64,000 bases of DNA, taken from the NCBI GenBank assembly GCA_965219875.1, contig CBDCOW010000001.1:604062-668061 (forward strand). The letters run 5' to 3'. Below are positions 17,295 through 28,087 of the stretch, in pieces. Every line of letters starts with the position of its first letter. Position 1 is the stretch's first letter. The DNA is from Dehalococcoidia bacterium (GTDB lineage: Bacteria; Chloroflexota; Dehalococcoidia; SHYB01). The notes below the pieces were generated by a model. It saw only the letters and a program-made list of their open reading frames with translations, had not been told where the DNA came from and did not search any database. The position numbers and the translations under genes are program-made.

Positions 17295-18947
17295 ATGGCC
17301 GAACACTACCGGGCGAGCTTCACGATCGAAGGGCCGGAGGCGCGTGGGCTGCCGCTGCTGGAGCAGGCGGCCCACGCGGTCCGCAGTTGGGCTTGGGAGC
17401 AGTTCGGCCAGCCTGAAGCGGATGCGTCGGTGGAGCAGTGGGAGGGCGACAACGGGACGCTGCGCATTGAGGCCGACCGGCTGGAGGAGGCGGGTTTCTT
17501 TGCGTTGTCCTGGGAGCAGCCTACCGCGTGGCTGCTTGAGTTCCGTCTCGCGACGCAGGGTGAAGCGGTCGAGGTGGAAGTCGAGGTCCAGGGGCCAAGC
17601 GAGGGCGCCGACGACCTCCATGCCGGACCGCCGCGAGCGCTGCTCGACGCCCTGCTTGACCGGTTCGAGTGCCGGAGCGACGGGCGGCGGCTCTCGACCC
17701 AGGCGGCGTGGGTGGAGCCGGAGGACGCAGCCGACTTTGTTCGCGATACGGTGTTCGGCCGTGAGCGACGAATGCCGTTGGTGGTCGTAACCGAAGACCG
17801 TTCCGGCCGGAGCGTAGTAAGCGCGGACCATTTGCAGACTCGTCTTCTCGGGCTGGCAAGGGTGGTCGGCTACGATGCCGAGACGGCTGAAGCGGTGAAC
17901 AAGGAGTTAGAGGCGCCAGTCCAGTCGGGGGCAGGCTATCCACTGGTGCGGGTGAACGAGCGCGTGCATGAGAAGATCGGCGACGACTACAGGCTCGCCT
18001 CGTGGACCAACTACTACAAATGGCTCAACGCTCAACTGGCGTGCTTCGCGGGAGCAGTGCGGGTCTATTTCCCCGGGTGCTCCGTAGGCGACGAGTCATG
18101 GAAGCACCGGTATTGGCCCATGGAGCGGGTCCGCACGGCGGGGCGCAAGTTCTGGGTCGAGTTACGGGATGCCTGCATGTCCTCGTTTCCGGCAGGGCCT
18201 CGAATCTACGACGAGGTCTTGCGGCGCATCCGCAGGCTGGAGCACGAACAACTCCTGGAGGAACGGCGCCAGAATTCGGAGACCGAAGAGCTTCTCAACG
18301 AATGGCGAGATGGGCTCGCCGAATATGAGGAACGCGAGGTCGAGCATCAGCAGGCTAAGGCGCGGCTACAGTCGGAAGTCAAGGAGAGGGACGCGCAGAT
18401 CCAACGGCTCATGGTGGATAACCATGAACTCAGCCGTCAGTTGCGCGACCCCGACTTCGGTTCCGCCGTGGAGGAGTCTGACCATGACTGGGTTGACCGC
18501 CCGGCGAGGCAGGAGACCCTGTTAGGCGCCGTGCGTGAGGCCAAGAAACTGAAAGGGTTGAAGTTTCTTCCCAGTGCGAGTGAGTCCGCTAAGGGATCAC
18601 TGTACCAGGGGCCGAGACGGTTGCAGAACGTACGACGGGTGTTTGGGAAGATGGCGGAGTGCGCCCAAACGCGGGCGCGAGGTCAGCTAGGGAAGACCGT
18701 AGCGGGCTGGTTCGCTGACGAGAAAATCGACTATGCGCCCTTCGAGAGCGAGGCGACGATGAACAAGTTTGGCTATCAACGACGGTTCTTCGACGCTGGC
18801 CGCTGGGTGGAAATGCAGGAGCACATCAAGTTGGGGAAGGGCGGCCCGGAAACATCCCTGCGGATTCACTTCTGCTGGAGCGACGATGACGAGGTGTTAC
18901 TGGTGGGGCACGTCGGGCGGCATCTGGACATAGTGTCGTCGGGCTGA
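17295..18947 (+). CDS. hypothetical 550-aa protein with central coiled-coil and conserved-looking C-terminal RIHFCWSDDDEVLLVGHVGRH segment
   Basis: long ORF with good codon usage; ATG at 17295; no recognisable NTPase, nuclease or HTH motif. Confidence 0.5.
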   Translation: MAEHYRASFTIEGPEARGLPLLEQAAHAVRSWAWEQFGQPEADASVEQWEGDNGTLRIEADRLEEAGFFALSWEQPTAWLLEFRLATQGEAVEVEVEVQGPSEGADDLHAGPPRALLDALLDRFECRSDGRRLSTQAAWVEPEDAADFVRDTVFGRERRMPLVVVTEDRSGRSVVSADHLQTRLLGLARVVGYDAETAEAVNKELEAPVQSGAGYPLVRVNERVHEKIGDDYRLASWTNYYKWLNAQLACFAGAVRVYFPGCSVGDESWKHRYWPMERVRTAGRKFWVELRDACMSSFPAGPRIYDEVLRRIRRLEHEQLLEERRQNSETEELLNEWRDGLAEYEEREVEHQQAKARLQSEVKERDAQIQRLMVDNHELSRQLRDPDFGSAVEESDHDWVDRPARQETLLGAVREAKKLKGLKFLPSASESAKGSLYQGPRRLQNVRRVFGKMAECAQTRARGQLGKTVAGWFADEKIDYAPFESEATMNKFGYQRRFFDAGRWVEMQEHIKLGKGGPETSLRIHFCWSDDDEVLLVGHVGRHLDIVSSG

Positions 18948-19181
18948 ACCGCACAGGCTTGGCGGAGAGGGTCGCCCTCTAGCGCCGGCACGCCCGGCGG
19001 CGCGTGGGCTTCCGATGCCTTTCCGATTCAGCCCTGGCGCATGAGGGTCCCTGGCCCAAGGTCCGTTCCGTCGAGTATTGTTCCTGATGTCGCAATCAGG
19101 CTTGGGGCCGGAGGGACGGGCCGGCGCCGCAGCGTTGGCGCAACGCAATCCTTGTCCGAAGGAGCCGAAGGAGATTGTCCG

Positions 19182-19985
19182 ATGGGAAAGCTTGATGGAA
19201 AGGTAGCCATCGTCACCGGTGGCGGCGGATGGCTCGGTTGCGGGATCGTGTTGGCGCTGGCGAAAGAAGGGGCGAAGGTCGCGATAGCGGATATCGACGA
19301 GAAGGCCGCGGCGTCCGTTGCCGAACAGGTGCGGAAGCTCGGAGGGGATTCCCTCGCCGCGCCCTGCGACGTGGCCGACAACGATCAAGTGAAGAGGATG
19401 GTTGGCGAGGTCGCAGGGCAGCTTGGGCCCCCGCGCATCCTCGTGAACGCGGCACAGAGCTGGGACATGGCGACGCCAACCCACGAGGGGTGGTCGACCA
19501 TCGAGTCCGTGACCGAGCAACAGTGGGACGCCTTCTACCAGTCCGGGATGAAGTCGACCTTGTACTGCTGCCGGGCCGTGCTCCCATATATGAAGGACGG
19601 CGGCGGTAAGATCGTCAACTTCGGCTCGATCACCGGCCTCGAAGGGTGGGAAGGGACCGCCGACTATAACGTGACGAAGGAGGCGGTCCGAGGCTTCAGC
19701 CGAACGGCGGCCCGAGAGTGGGGCAAATATCAGATCAACGTGAACGTCATCTGCCCGTCGGCGCTGACGCCGTCGAAGATCGAAGCGGCTTTCGGCAGGG
19801 ACTCCCAACAGGCAAAGGGCAGGAGGAAGTTCATAGAGGACTGGACGGCGAAGCTTCCCTTGCGTCGAGTTGGGGACCCGGAGAGAGACATCGGCCGCGC
19901 CGTCGTTTTCCTCGCCAGCGAGGACTCCGATTTCATCACCGGCCAAACACTCAACGTGGATGGCGGCGCCCATATGCCGAGCTGA
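19182..19985 (+). CDS. SDR-family oxidoreductase
   Basis: TGGGGWLG Rossmann motif, YxxxK catalytic pair; ATG 19182 with GGAG RBS. Confidence 0.8.
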   Translation: MGKLDGKVAIVTGGGGWLGCGIVLALAKEGAKVAIADIDEKAAASVAEQVRKLGGDSLAAPCDVADNDQVKRMVGEVAGQLGPPRILVNAAQSWDMATPTHEGWSTIESVTEQQWDAFYQSGMKSTLYCCRAVLPYMKDGGGKIVNFGSITGLEGWEGTADYNVTKEAVRGFSRTAAREWGKYQINVNVICPSALTPSKIEAAFGRDSQQAKGRRKFIEDWTAKLPLRRVGDPERDIGRAVVFLASEDSDFITGQTLNVDGGAHMPS

Positions 19986-19986
19986 G

Positions 19987-20889
19987 CTAGAGCTGTCGCA
20001 GACTCGGGTCCAGCGCGTCGCGGAGCCAGTCGCCCAGCATGTTGAAGGACACCACGACGAGCATGATCGCGATGCCGGGGAAGATGGACATCCACCACAG
20101 GGTGTCGATGAAGTTGCGCCCATCGGACACCATGCCTCCCCAACTTGGGGTTGGCGGCGGGACTCCGACTCCGAGGAAGCTGAGCGATGCGATCGCAAGT
20201 ATGGCCCACCCGACTTGAAGGGTCGAAAGCACGACGATGCTGTTCAGCACGTTGGGCAACAGGTGCACGAAGATGATGCGGGTCGATGAAGCCCCGGCGA
20301 CGCGGGCAAGGGCCACGAAGTCCCGTTGCTTCCATGACAGTACGTCGCCTCTGATCAACCTCGCGTAGCGCGCCCAGAGGATGATGCTCAACACCGTCAC
20401 CACCATCCAATAGCCGGGGCCCAGCGTCAACGCCAGGGTGAGGCCTATCAGGATACCGGGGATCGCGAGCCAGACGTCGACGGTCCGCATGATGAGCGCA
20501 TCGACCCATCCCCCACGATATCCGGCGATCAGTCCCAGGGCGGTGCCGACGAGTCCCCCGAGCAGGATCGAGAGGAAGGCGATGGATAGGGAGGTGCGAC
20601 TCCCGACGATGATCCGCGACAGGATGTCCCGGCCCTGGCGGTCGGTGCCCAGCAGATTGGTGAAACTCCCGTCCTCGGTCCACGCCGGCGGCAGCTCCCG
20701 GGCGACCAGGTCCGTTCTGGTCGCGTTGTGCGGGGCGATCCATGACGACAAGATGGCCACTACCAAGATGACGAGGAGGATTCCTCCGGGCACCTTGGGA
20801 ACGGACTTCAACCCGCCGAGGGCCCTGCGCCAGTCCCCCAGCACCGCCGAGAGCGGCCGATTGACGATCGAGTCTTCTGTTCCGGTCAC
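19987..20889 (-). CDS. ABC transporter permease (DppC/OppC-like)
   Basis: 300 aa, 6 TM, EAA-like loop; Dpp/Opp family. Confidence 0.8.
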   Translation of the reverse strand: MTGTEDSIVNRPLSAVLGDWRRALGGLKSVPKVPGGILLVILVVAILSSWIAPHNATRTDLVARELPPAWTEDGSFTNLLGTDRQGRDILSRIIVGSRTSLSIAFLSILLGGLVGTALGLIAGYRGGWVDALIMRTVDVWLAIPGILIGLTLALTLGPGYWMVVTVLSIILWARYARLIRGDVLSWKQRDFVALARVAGASSTRIIFVHLLPNVLNSIVVLSTLQVGWAILAIASLSFLGVGVPPPTPSWGGMVSDGRNFIDTLWWMSIFPGIAIMLVVVSFNMLGDWLRDALDPSLRQL

Positions 20890-21800
20890 ACCCTAATCCG
20901 CGGGTCCAAGAGGACGTACAGAATGTCGACAAGGAAGTTGATGGCGATGACGAGCGCGATCCAGGTGAGCACGACGATTTGGAGCAACGGAAAATCTCTG
21001 AAGAGCACCGCTTCATATGCGAGACGTCCGAGACCCGGCCAGGCGAACACGACCTCGATGGTCACCGCGGCGCCCACGATGATCCCATACATGAATCCGA
21101 TGAAAGTTACGACCGGGATCAACGCGTTGCGAAAGGCGTGCTTCAACACGACTTTGTACTCTTTGACTCCCTTGAGACGCGCCAGCCGCATGAATTCTTG
21201 ATCGAGCACTTCGAGCATGCTGGAGCGGAGCAATCGCACGATGCCCGCGCTGGAAAACCATCCCAATGCCAGGGCGGGCAGGATGTAGTGCGTCCAACCG
21301 CCAATTCCGGCCGCGGGCGCCCATCCCAGCGCGACGGAAAACAGCAGCACGAAGAGGATTGCCATGAAGAAGGCGGGCACGGACTGGCCTATCAGCGCCA
21401 CGCCCGTGGCCAGCCGGTCCCAGAAACGACCCCGGTTGACCGCGGCCACCACGCCCAGAGGGATACCGATTCCGACGGCTACCAGCATCGCGGCCGACGC
21501 CAGCTTGAGGGAGTTGCCCAGCCGGTTGGGGACAAGCTCGCTTGCGGGGCGCAGGGTACGCAGCGACGTGCCGAAATCTCCCCGCACGGCATCCTTGAGA
21601 TAGACCCAGTACTGATACAGCACGTGCCGGTCCAGGCCTTTGGCCTCAATGAGCGCCTCCCGCTCCTCCGCCGTCGCTTCGATGGGAAGGATCAGATCGA
21701 CCGGATTCCCAGTGATGCGTGCGAGGAGGAAGATCACGAGGCTGGCCACGAAGAGGGCCACGACCGCCTGGATAAGACGGCTGAGTACGAACCGGATCAT
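20886..21800 (-). CDS. ABC transporter permease (DppB/OppB-like)
   Basis: 304 aa, N-terminal MIRFVLSRLIQAVVALFV typical of DppB. Confidence 0.8.
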   Translation of the reverse strand: MIRFVLSRLIQAVVALFVASLVIFLLARITGNPVDLILPIEATAEEREALIEAKGLDRHVLYQYWVYLKDAVRGDFGTSLRTLRPASELVPNRLGNSLKLASAAMLVAVGIGIPLGVVAAVNRGRFWDRLATGVALIGQSVPAFFMAILFVLLFSVALGWAPAAGIGGWTHYILPALALGWFSSAGIVRLLRSSMLEVLDQEFMRLARLKGVKEYKVVLKHAFRNALIPVVTFIGFMYGIIVGAAVTIEVVFAWPGLGRLAYEAVLFRDFPLLQIVVLTWIALVIAINFLVDILYVLLDPRIRV

Positions 21801-21953
21801 CGCGCTAGCAGGACCTCCTCGTGCTGGCTCTTGGCAACCAGCGCCGGCCCGAAAGGCGCTTCAAGCGGGGATTATACACACCAACCACGCGCATAGCCGG
21901 AGGCGGCCCACGCCGCCCCCGGCTATGCCTTCGAGCCGGGAGGCCTACTACTT

Positions 21954-22832
21954 CTAGCGAGGGTTCTTCTTCTTGAAGTCCTCGGCGATCTCGTTGAACG
22001 TGACGAACTTCGCCCCCGGGTGGCTCTGGACGTAGGCAATGACCCGTTCCAGCATGAGGAGTACCTGAGGCCGTCCGCTGACGTCCGGATGGATCGTGAA
22101 GGTGAAAATGGCGTCGTCGTACTCGCGGTAGACCCAGTCGAACTGGTCGCGCCAGAGTTGCTCGATGTCGCGGGGGTTTACCCAGCCGTGGCTGTTCGCC
22201 GCCTTCTTGATGAACATCATCGGCGGTAGATCGTCCAGGTACCAACTCCCGGGGATCTCGACAATGTCCGTCTCCTGCCCGCGGACCAGCGGCTTCATCC
22301 ACGTCTCGGCTGGCTGCGAGTAGTCGATCTTGGTCCAGGTGTCCCCTACCCGCGCGTAGTAACACTCATGATCGGTGTGCGACAGGCTGTGGTCGTAGGT
22401 GAAGCCGTACTTCTGGAGCAGTCCGATGGTGGCGTTGCTCACTTCCCACCATGGCGCCACGTAGCCCGTCGGCGATTCTCCGGTGTACTTCTTGATGAGG
22501 TCGATGCACTTGACGAGAATCGCCTCTTCCTGCTCCGGAGACATGGCGAGGGGGTTCTCATGGGAATACCCATGCACGCCGATTTCGTGGCCCCCCTCGA
22601 CCATCATCTCGGTCTGGCGAGGGAAGGTCTCGATCGAGTGCCCGGGTGGGAACCAGGTCGTCTTGATCCCAAAATTGTCGAAGAGCTTGAGGAGCCGTGG
22701 CGTCCCGATCTCTCCGGCGAACATACCCTGGGAGATGTCGAAGGGCGAGTCCTCCCCTCCATACGAGCCGAGCTTTCCTGCAACCGCGTCCACGTCGATC
22801 CCGAATGCGCACAGAATCTGCTTCTCAGCCAT
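21954..22832 (-). CDS. polysaccharide deacetylase family protein (PuuE/allantoinase-like)
   Basis: NodB-like His motifs (HGYSHE); start MMAEKQ with AAGGAGG RBS. Confidence 0.65.
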   Translation of the reverse strand: MAEKQILCAFGIDVDAVAGKLGSYGGEDSPFDISQGMFAGEIGTPRLLKLFDNFGIKTTWFPPGHSIETFPRQTEMMVEGGHEIGVHGYSHENPLAMSPEQEEAILVKCIDLIKKYTGESPTGYVAPWWEVSNATIGLLQKYGFTYDHSLSHTDHECYYARVGDTWTKIDYSQPAETWMKPLVRGQETDIVEIPGSWYLDDLPPMMFIKKAANSHGWVNPRDIEQLWRDQFDWVYREYDDAIFTFTIHPDVSGRPQVLLMLERVIAYVQSHPGAKFVTFNEIAEDFKKKNPR

Positions 22833-22857
22833 CATGGCCTCCTTTTCAGCTTCACGG

Positions 22858-24384
22858 TCATGCTTTCTGTTCGCCCCGAACGGCGACCGGCGGATGGGCA
22901 TCATGCCATCCCGTGGCCCGCTCATAGGCGTTGGCAGCCTGGAGAAGGGTGACCTCGTCGAACGGGCTGCCCATCAACTGGAAGCCGATGGGCAGCCCAC
23001 CTCCCGAGAACCCGCACGGCAGGCTTATCGACGGATATCCGGTTAGGTTTCCCACCCTGTTGAGCCGTCCCAGGGCGTTTAGGACGGGGAGTTGCGCGCC
23101 CCCGGCCTGTACGTCCGTCTCCCCGCGCCTCGGCGCGACGACGACGGTGGTCGCGAAAGCCAGGACGTGCACGTCCCGCAGCGCGCTGAGGACTTCCCGG
23201 GTCAGCGCGGACCGTGCCTTCTGGGCCCCGATATAGTCCGAGGCGGTAACGTCCCCGCCGGCGGCGAGCCGGGGCCTCATCCGCGGGTCGATCTCTTCGG
23301 CATGAGCCTCAAGGAGAGCTCCATGCGACGCGAACGCCTCTGCCCCCATCAGAGTCGCAGCCAGATCGATGGCCGTTGGGAGCGACGGGATGGAGACCTC
23401 CACGATCGCTGCGCCGAGGCCTGCGAGGGTGTCGATGGCCGCCCTCACGGCTGTCTCGACCTCGGGGTCGAGGGTGTCCCACACAAACTCACGGGGCACG
23501 CCGACTCGGAGCCCCGTCGCGCCGCCCTCGAGGCCGGTGGTGAAGTCAGGCGCCGGCAGGTCGGCCGAGGTCGGGTCCTGGGGATCGTAGCCGGCGAGGG
23601 CGTTCAGCACGAGGGCCGAGTCCGCCACCGTCCGGGCGAAGATGCTGACGTGGTCGAGCGACCAGCACAGTTGGGTCGTACCCCGCTGGCTGATGCGCCC
23701 ATAGTTCGGCTTGAGGCCGACCAACCCGCAGAGCGACGCGGGGATGCGCCCGGAGCCTCCCGTATCGGTGCCCAGGGCCGCCGCGCACCCTCCCGCCGCG
23801 GTCGCGGCCGCCGAGCCTCCGCTCGAGCCCCCGCTCATCAGCTCCGGGGCCCAGGGGTTGCACGAGTCGCCATAGTGGGCGTTCTCACCGGTGGCCCCGA
23901 AGGCGAGCTCGTTCATGTTGAGCTTACCCACGATAACCGCGCCCGCGTCCTTGAGCCTTGCCACCGAAGAGGCGTCCTCATTCGGGACGTGGTGGGCCCA
24001 GACCGTCGTGCCGGACGTGGTGCGAAGGCCCTTGGTGGCGAACAGGTCCTTCAGCCCGACGGGTATTCCATGGAGCGGGCCGCGATACTCGCCGCGGGAG
24101 ATCGCCCGCTCGGCTTCCCTGGCCGCCGCTTTGGCCTCATCTCGGGCTACGGTGATGAAGGCGTTGAGGGTCTCTTCCAGCGCGTCGATGCGTTCCAGGT
24201 GGGCGTCCACGAGCTCCACTGGGGACAACTCGCGTCTCTCGATCAGAGATGAGAGCTCTGTGATGGGACGAAGGCACAGGGCTTGATGTCGTATCGGCGC
24301 CCCTCGCTTCGGCCTGCCCGTATCGGAAAGGGAGACCTTCTGACAGAGGGCGGCATGGTACTGTGCGGCTCCGCGGCTTGTCAA
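22858..24384 (-). CDS. amidase (amidase-signature family); N-terminal start uncertain
   Basis: [12 protein letters not shown]-signature, Ser-cisSer-Lys context; ORF-track Met likely too far upstream. Confidence 0.75.
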   Translation of the reverse strand: MTSRGAAQYHAALCQKVSLSDTGRPKRGAPIRHQALCLRPITELSSLIERRELSPVELVDAHLERIDALEETLNAFITVARDEAKAAAREAERAISRGEYRGPLHGIPVGLKDLFATKGLRTTSGTTVWAHHVPNEDASSVARLKDAGAVIVGKLNMNELAFGATGENAHYGDSCNPWAPELMSGGSSGGSAAATAAGGCAAALGTDTGGSGRIPASLCGLVGLKPNYGRISQRGTTQLCWSLDHVSIFARTVADSALVLNALAGYDPQDPTSADLPAPDFTTGLEGGATGLRVGVPREFVWDTLDPEVETAVRAAIDTLAGLGAAIVEVSIPSLPTAIDLAATLMGAEAFASHGALLEAHAEEIDPRMRPRLAAGGDVTASDYIGAQKARSALTREVLSALRDVHVLAFATTVVVAPRRGETDVQAGGAQLPVLNALGRLNRVGNLTGYPSISLPCGFSGGGLPIGFQLMGSPFDEVTLLQAANAYERATGWHDAHPPVAVRGEQKA

Positions 24385-24458
24385 CAGCGAGCCGGCCTGG
24401 CGAACGAGTCCAATGCTAGGGAAGTTCCGGTTGCAAGCTTTCGGTAGGTTGGGTACGG

Positions 24459-25499
24459 TTGCCGGGCTCCGGCGGCGACGCCAGAGCAGAAAGGCGGTGT
24501 CGGACGAAGGCGAGGATAGGGCTGTGCATGGGCAACTGGCTGCCCGCCGAACTCCTTCGGCAGGCAGCCCGGTCCGCGGAGAGACAGGGCTACGAGATCT
24601 TCTGGCTCACCGAGTCGTCAACCGGCATGGGCAAGGACGTGTCGTCCCAGCTAGCCTCCGTTGCCCTCGGCACCTCAACCATCCGCGTGGGGACGGGCAT
24701 CATGCCCATCTATACCCGGACTCCCACCTTGATCGCCGAGGTTGCGACAAGCCTTGACGAGATCTCCGGAGGGCGGTTTACGCTCGGCCTCGGGGCAGGC
24801 CACGGCAACAACCTGGCGACGGCCCACGGGGTCACGGTCGAGCGCCCGCTTTGGAGAATGCGGGAGTGCGTGGCAATTCTTCGAGAGGCTCTGAGCACCG
24901 GACACGCCACATTCCACGGCGAGATCTTCGACATCCCGGACCTGGAGCTGCTGCTACCCAACCCGGACCGGCGGCCGCCAATCTACATAGGCGTCCTCAG
25001 ACCGGGTCTGGCCCAGCTCGCTGGCGAAATCGCCGATGGGGTGATTCTGAACATGGTCACCCCCGACTACCTCCAAGAGGTGGTCCCGCTGGTCCGGGCC
25101 GCCGCCGAGCGGGCGGGCCGCGAGCCCGACGAAGTGGACATCGCCTGCCTCGTCTTGGCCTGCGCCGACGACCGGGAAGCAGAGCGCGTGTGCAGCGAAC
25201 GGATCGCGAACTATCACACGATGCCGTTCTACCAGGAGCACATGAAGCGCAGCGGCTTCGCGGCCGAGGTCGAAGCCATCGTGGCCGGGCTGCGCCGAGG
25301 AGGTCTCGCGGAGGGTGCCAGAGCGGTATCTCCACGAATGCTGGAGACGCTGGCTCTCGTTGGCGACCCGAAGAGTTGGCCTGAGAAAATCAACCGATAC
25401 CGCGAGGCGGGGATCGGCCTGCCGTGCCTGTTCCTCTTTCCTGCCGAGAATGACGAAGCTGGATCGGTCCTCAGAGGAGTCGAGGCGCTCCAGGGCTGA
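24459..25499 (+). CDS. LLM-class flavin/F420-dependent oxidoreductase (alternative start 24528)
   Basis: paralogue of 45039..46031 (RIGLCMGNW vs TGLCIGNW). Confidence 0.7.
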   Translation: MPGSGGDARAERRCRTKARIGLCMGNWLPAELLRQAARSAERQGYEIFWLTESSTGMGKDVSSQLASVALGTSTIRVGTGIMPIYTRTPTLIAEVATSLDEISGGRFTLGLGAGHGNNLATAHGVTVERPLWRMRECVAILREALSTGHATFHGEIFDIPDLELLLPNPDRRPPIYIGVLRPGLAQLAGEIADGVILNMVTPDYLQEVVPLVRAAAERAGREPDEVDIACLVLACADDREAERVCSERIANYHTMPFYQEHMKRSGFAAEVEAIVAGLRRGGLAEGARAVSPRMLETLALVGDPKSWPEKINRYREAGIGLPCLFLFPAENDEAGSVLRGVEALQG

Positions 25500-26645
25500 T
25501 CAGACCTCGAACTTGAGCAAGCGCACCGCGTTCTCGGACGTGACCTTGTATCTGTCCTCGTCGGGGACTCCCGTGAAGATCCTGTCGAGATACTCCATCG
25601 ACTTGGGCCACGTGGCCTCCGAGTGCGGATAGTCGTTGCCCCAGACCATGTTCTCTACTCCGATGATGTCGCGAAGCCGTTGCACCCCAACGTGGTCCTC
25701 GAGGAACGTGGCAAACATGTTCTCGTGCCAGTAGTCGCTGGGGATCATGCCCCGCTTCGAACGCCAGCCCCTGCCGTAGAAACCCCGCTCCTTGTACGTC
25801 TCGTCGAGCCTGGCGAGCCAGTAGGGGATCCACGACAGCTCGTGCTCTCCGGCGCACATCTTCAGGCCGGGGTAGCGGTCGAAGACGCCGGCGAAGATCA
25901 TCGCGCCGAGCGAGTAGCGGACCCAGTAGTCGTGGTTGGACCTCCCGGCCGGGGTGTACTCGCTAAAGTCGGTCGTCTGCTCCAAACCGGGGATGCCATG
26001 CCGGACGTAGCCGCTATGCATGATGAGGGGCATCTCGAGGTGAGCGGCAGTCCACCAAAGACGGTCGTAGATGGGGTGGCGGTAGGGTCTGTCGGGAAGG
26101 GGATAGACCGGGATGAGAGCCCCGGTGAGCCCCAGCTCCGCGCATCGCTCCAGGTCTTCGCATGCGTCGTCGACATCGTCAACGTTGATGAAGCCCGGCG
26201 CCTTGAGCCGACCTGGGTACGGCTTGATGAAGTCAGCGATGGCTTCGGTATACGCCCGGCAGATGGCGGTGAGGAGCTTACTATCCTCGATCCGGGTGAA
26301 GCAGGCCCCGATGCTCGAGTAGATGTACGCGCCCCAGACCCCGTCCTCCTCCAGGTCCTTGACCATCTCGTGGGGGTCGTATGCTCCCTTGCGCACGTCT
26401 TCCCACGTGGCGACGAAGTCGATCCGGGACGGGTCCTCGAACCGGAGCGCGGTCTGAGTAAAGGCCCCGAGAGTAATCAACTCCTGCCCATCGAGAAACC
26501 AGGCATCGTACTCTCTGCCCTGGGCATTCTCGGACCGCACTAGCCGGGGGGCCCGTTCTCGGAACGCCGGCTCGATCCGATCGATATAGGTGTCCGGCGG
26601 CTCCACGATATGGGTGTCGCACGAAATGATTTTGTAGTCAGGCAT
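25500..26645 (-). CDS. amidohydrolase-2 (ACMSD-like TIM-barrel metal hydrolase)
   Basis: CDTHIVEPPD HxH-type motif near N-terminus; start MPDYKIISCDTH. Confidence 0.7.
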   Translation of the reverse strand: MPDYKIISCDTHIVEPPDTYIDRIEPAFRERAPRLVRSENAQGREYDAWFLDGQELITLGAFTQTALRFEDPSRIDFVATWEDVRKGAYDPHEMVKDLEEDGVWGAYIYSSIGACFTRIEDSKLLTAICRAYTEAIADFIKPYPGRLKAPGFINVDDVDDACEDLERCAELGLTGALIPVYPLPDRPYRHPIYDRLWWTAAHLEMPLIMHSGYVRHGIPGLEQTTDFSEYTPAGRSNHDYWVRYSLGAMIFAGVFDRYPGLKMCAGEHELSWIPYWLARLDETYKERGFYGRGWRSKRGMIPSDYWHENMFATFLEDHVGVQRLRDIIGVENMVWGNDYPHSEATWPKSMEYLDRIFTGVPDEDRYKVTSENAVRLLKFEV

Positions 26646-26713
26646 TCGGGCCCCCTCATCTTCCGCCTCGGTTGCCAAGCTAACAGAATCCCCGAGACTT
26701 GTCATATACGGGC

Positions 26714-28087
26714 TCATTCACCCAAGGCGCGGACCGCCGGACCGGTCGCCAGGGCCATTGCATCAACGACGCTGTCGAGGTCGTCCATCTTCAGGACCAG
26801 ATCGCGGAGGCGGTCGCAGTCCTCGGGGGAGAGCACCCGCAGGGCATTGTCGCGGTACTTCCGCGCGATCTCGTCCAGGCTGAGCGGGTCGCCCCACTCG
26901 CCGTGCGCCACGTCGACCTGTTCCCGTAGCTCGCACCCGTTTTTCAAACGGATGGTGACCGGGTTTGAAGCATCGCGATATTGGGACGACATCGATGGAT
27001 CGACGACGAGCTCGACTCTCTCTGCCATGGCCCGGGCCTCGGCCGATGACACCTCGGTGTCGTCGAAGCTCTCAATACCGACCTGCCGGTGCAGGATCGC
27101 CTCTGCCACGTTGTGCTGAAGGCTGACCTTGGCGGCGAGCCCGTCCTGGGGGCGAGGCAGGTTCATCCATCCCGCGTTGGGTACCGTCACCGTCACGTGC
27201 TCGACTTGCTCGGGTCTGATGTCATGTTCCAGGACAAGCTTCAGGACCGCGTCGACCCCACGGACGTTCCGATGACAGGTGGGATAGCCCTTGATCGCGA
27301 TGCCCGGATCAACGACATGAAATGGGCGTCCCAGCCCGCGCGTTGTGATCTCCGGGTCGAACCGGTCCAGGCCCATGAATTCGTCGGCCAAGCCGAGCGC
27401 TCCTTCGATTGGCTCCGGTGTGGCCGTCCAGCCGGCGCGAGCGAGCACGGCGGCCCGAACGCCGCCGCCGGCGGCGTTCCCCGCGTGATAGGGCTTCGTC
27501 ATCGTCCCCGTGTTTTTTTTGATTCCGCCCGCGTGAGAGGCGGCGATGCCCAGGGCCATGCGCGTCTGCCACGGATCAAGACCGAGGAGCTTTGCCGAGG
27601 CGGCGGCGGCTCCGATCACGCCGTAGACGCCGACGCTCGAGCCTCTCGCCGGCCCTTCCTGAAGGCCATAGCCATAGGCGACCTTGCCGTGGACCTCGAG
27701 ACCGATCACGAAGGCCTCAATGACCTTCCTCCCCGGCAGCTCCAGCTTCTCGGCGAGGGCGAAGACCGCGGGGAAGATGCTGCAGACGGGATGGCCTACG
27801 GGGAGGGCCGTCGCATCGAAGTCGAGGGCGTTGGCGAGGACCCCGTTGGCAAAGGCCGCGTTGGCGGCGCCGGTCCGATAGCCTCCGGCGATGACCCCGG
27901 CGTCGGGCGTTCCCCCTTCGCCCCGGGTATAGTCGATCACGAGTTGACCGACGGGTTGCGTCGCTCCCGCCAGGGCGACGCCGAAGGTGTCCAGCATCAC
28001 TTCTTTGCTAACGCGGATGGCTTCGGGCGGCAGGTCTTCGTAGCCGGTGCCGGCAATCCATTCAGCGATGGCTTCGGTGACGCTCAT
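26714..28087 (-). CDS. MmgE/PrpD family protein
   Basis: 457 aa; family length and pattern; 4-nt overlap with upstream gene. Confidence 0.75.
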   Translation of the reverse strand: MSVTEAIAEWIAGTGYEDLPPEAIRVSKEVMLDTFGVALAGATQPVGQLVIDYTRGEGGTPDAGVIAGGYRTGAANAAFANGVLANALDFDATALPVGHPVCSIFPAVFALAEKLELPGRKVIEAFVIGLEVHGKVAYGYGLQEGPARGSSVGVYGVIGAAAASAKLLGLDPWQTRMALGIAASHAGGIKKNTGTMTKPYHAGNAAGGGVRAAVLARAGWTATPEPIEGALGLADEFMGLDRFDPEITTRGLGRPFHVVDPGIAIKGYPTCHRNVRGVDAVLKLVLEHDIRPEQVEHVTVTVPNAGWMNLPRPQDGLAAKVSLQHNVAEAILHRQVGIESFDDTEVSSAEARAMAERVELVVDPSMSSQYRDASNPVTIRLKNGCELREQVDVAHGEWGDPLSLDEIARKYRDNALRVLSPEDCDRLRDLVLKMDDLDSVVDAMALATGPAVRALGE

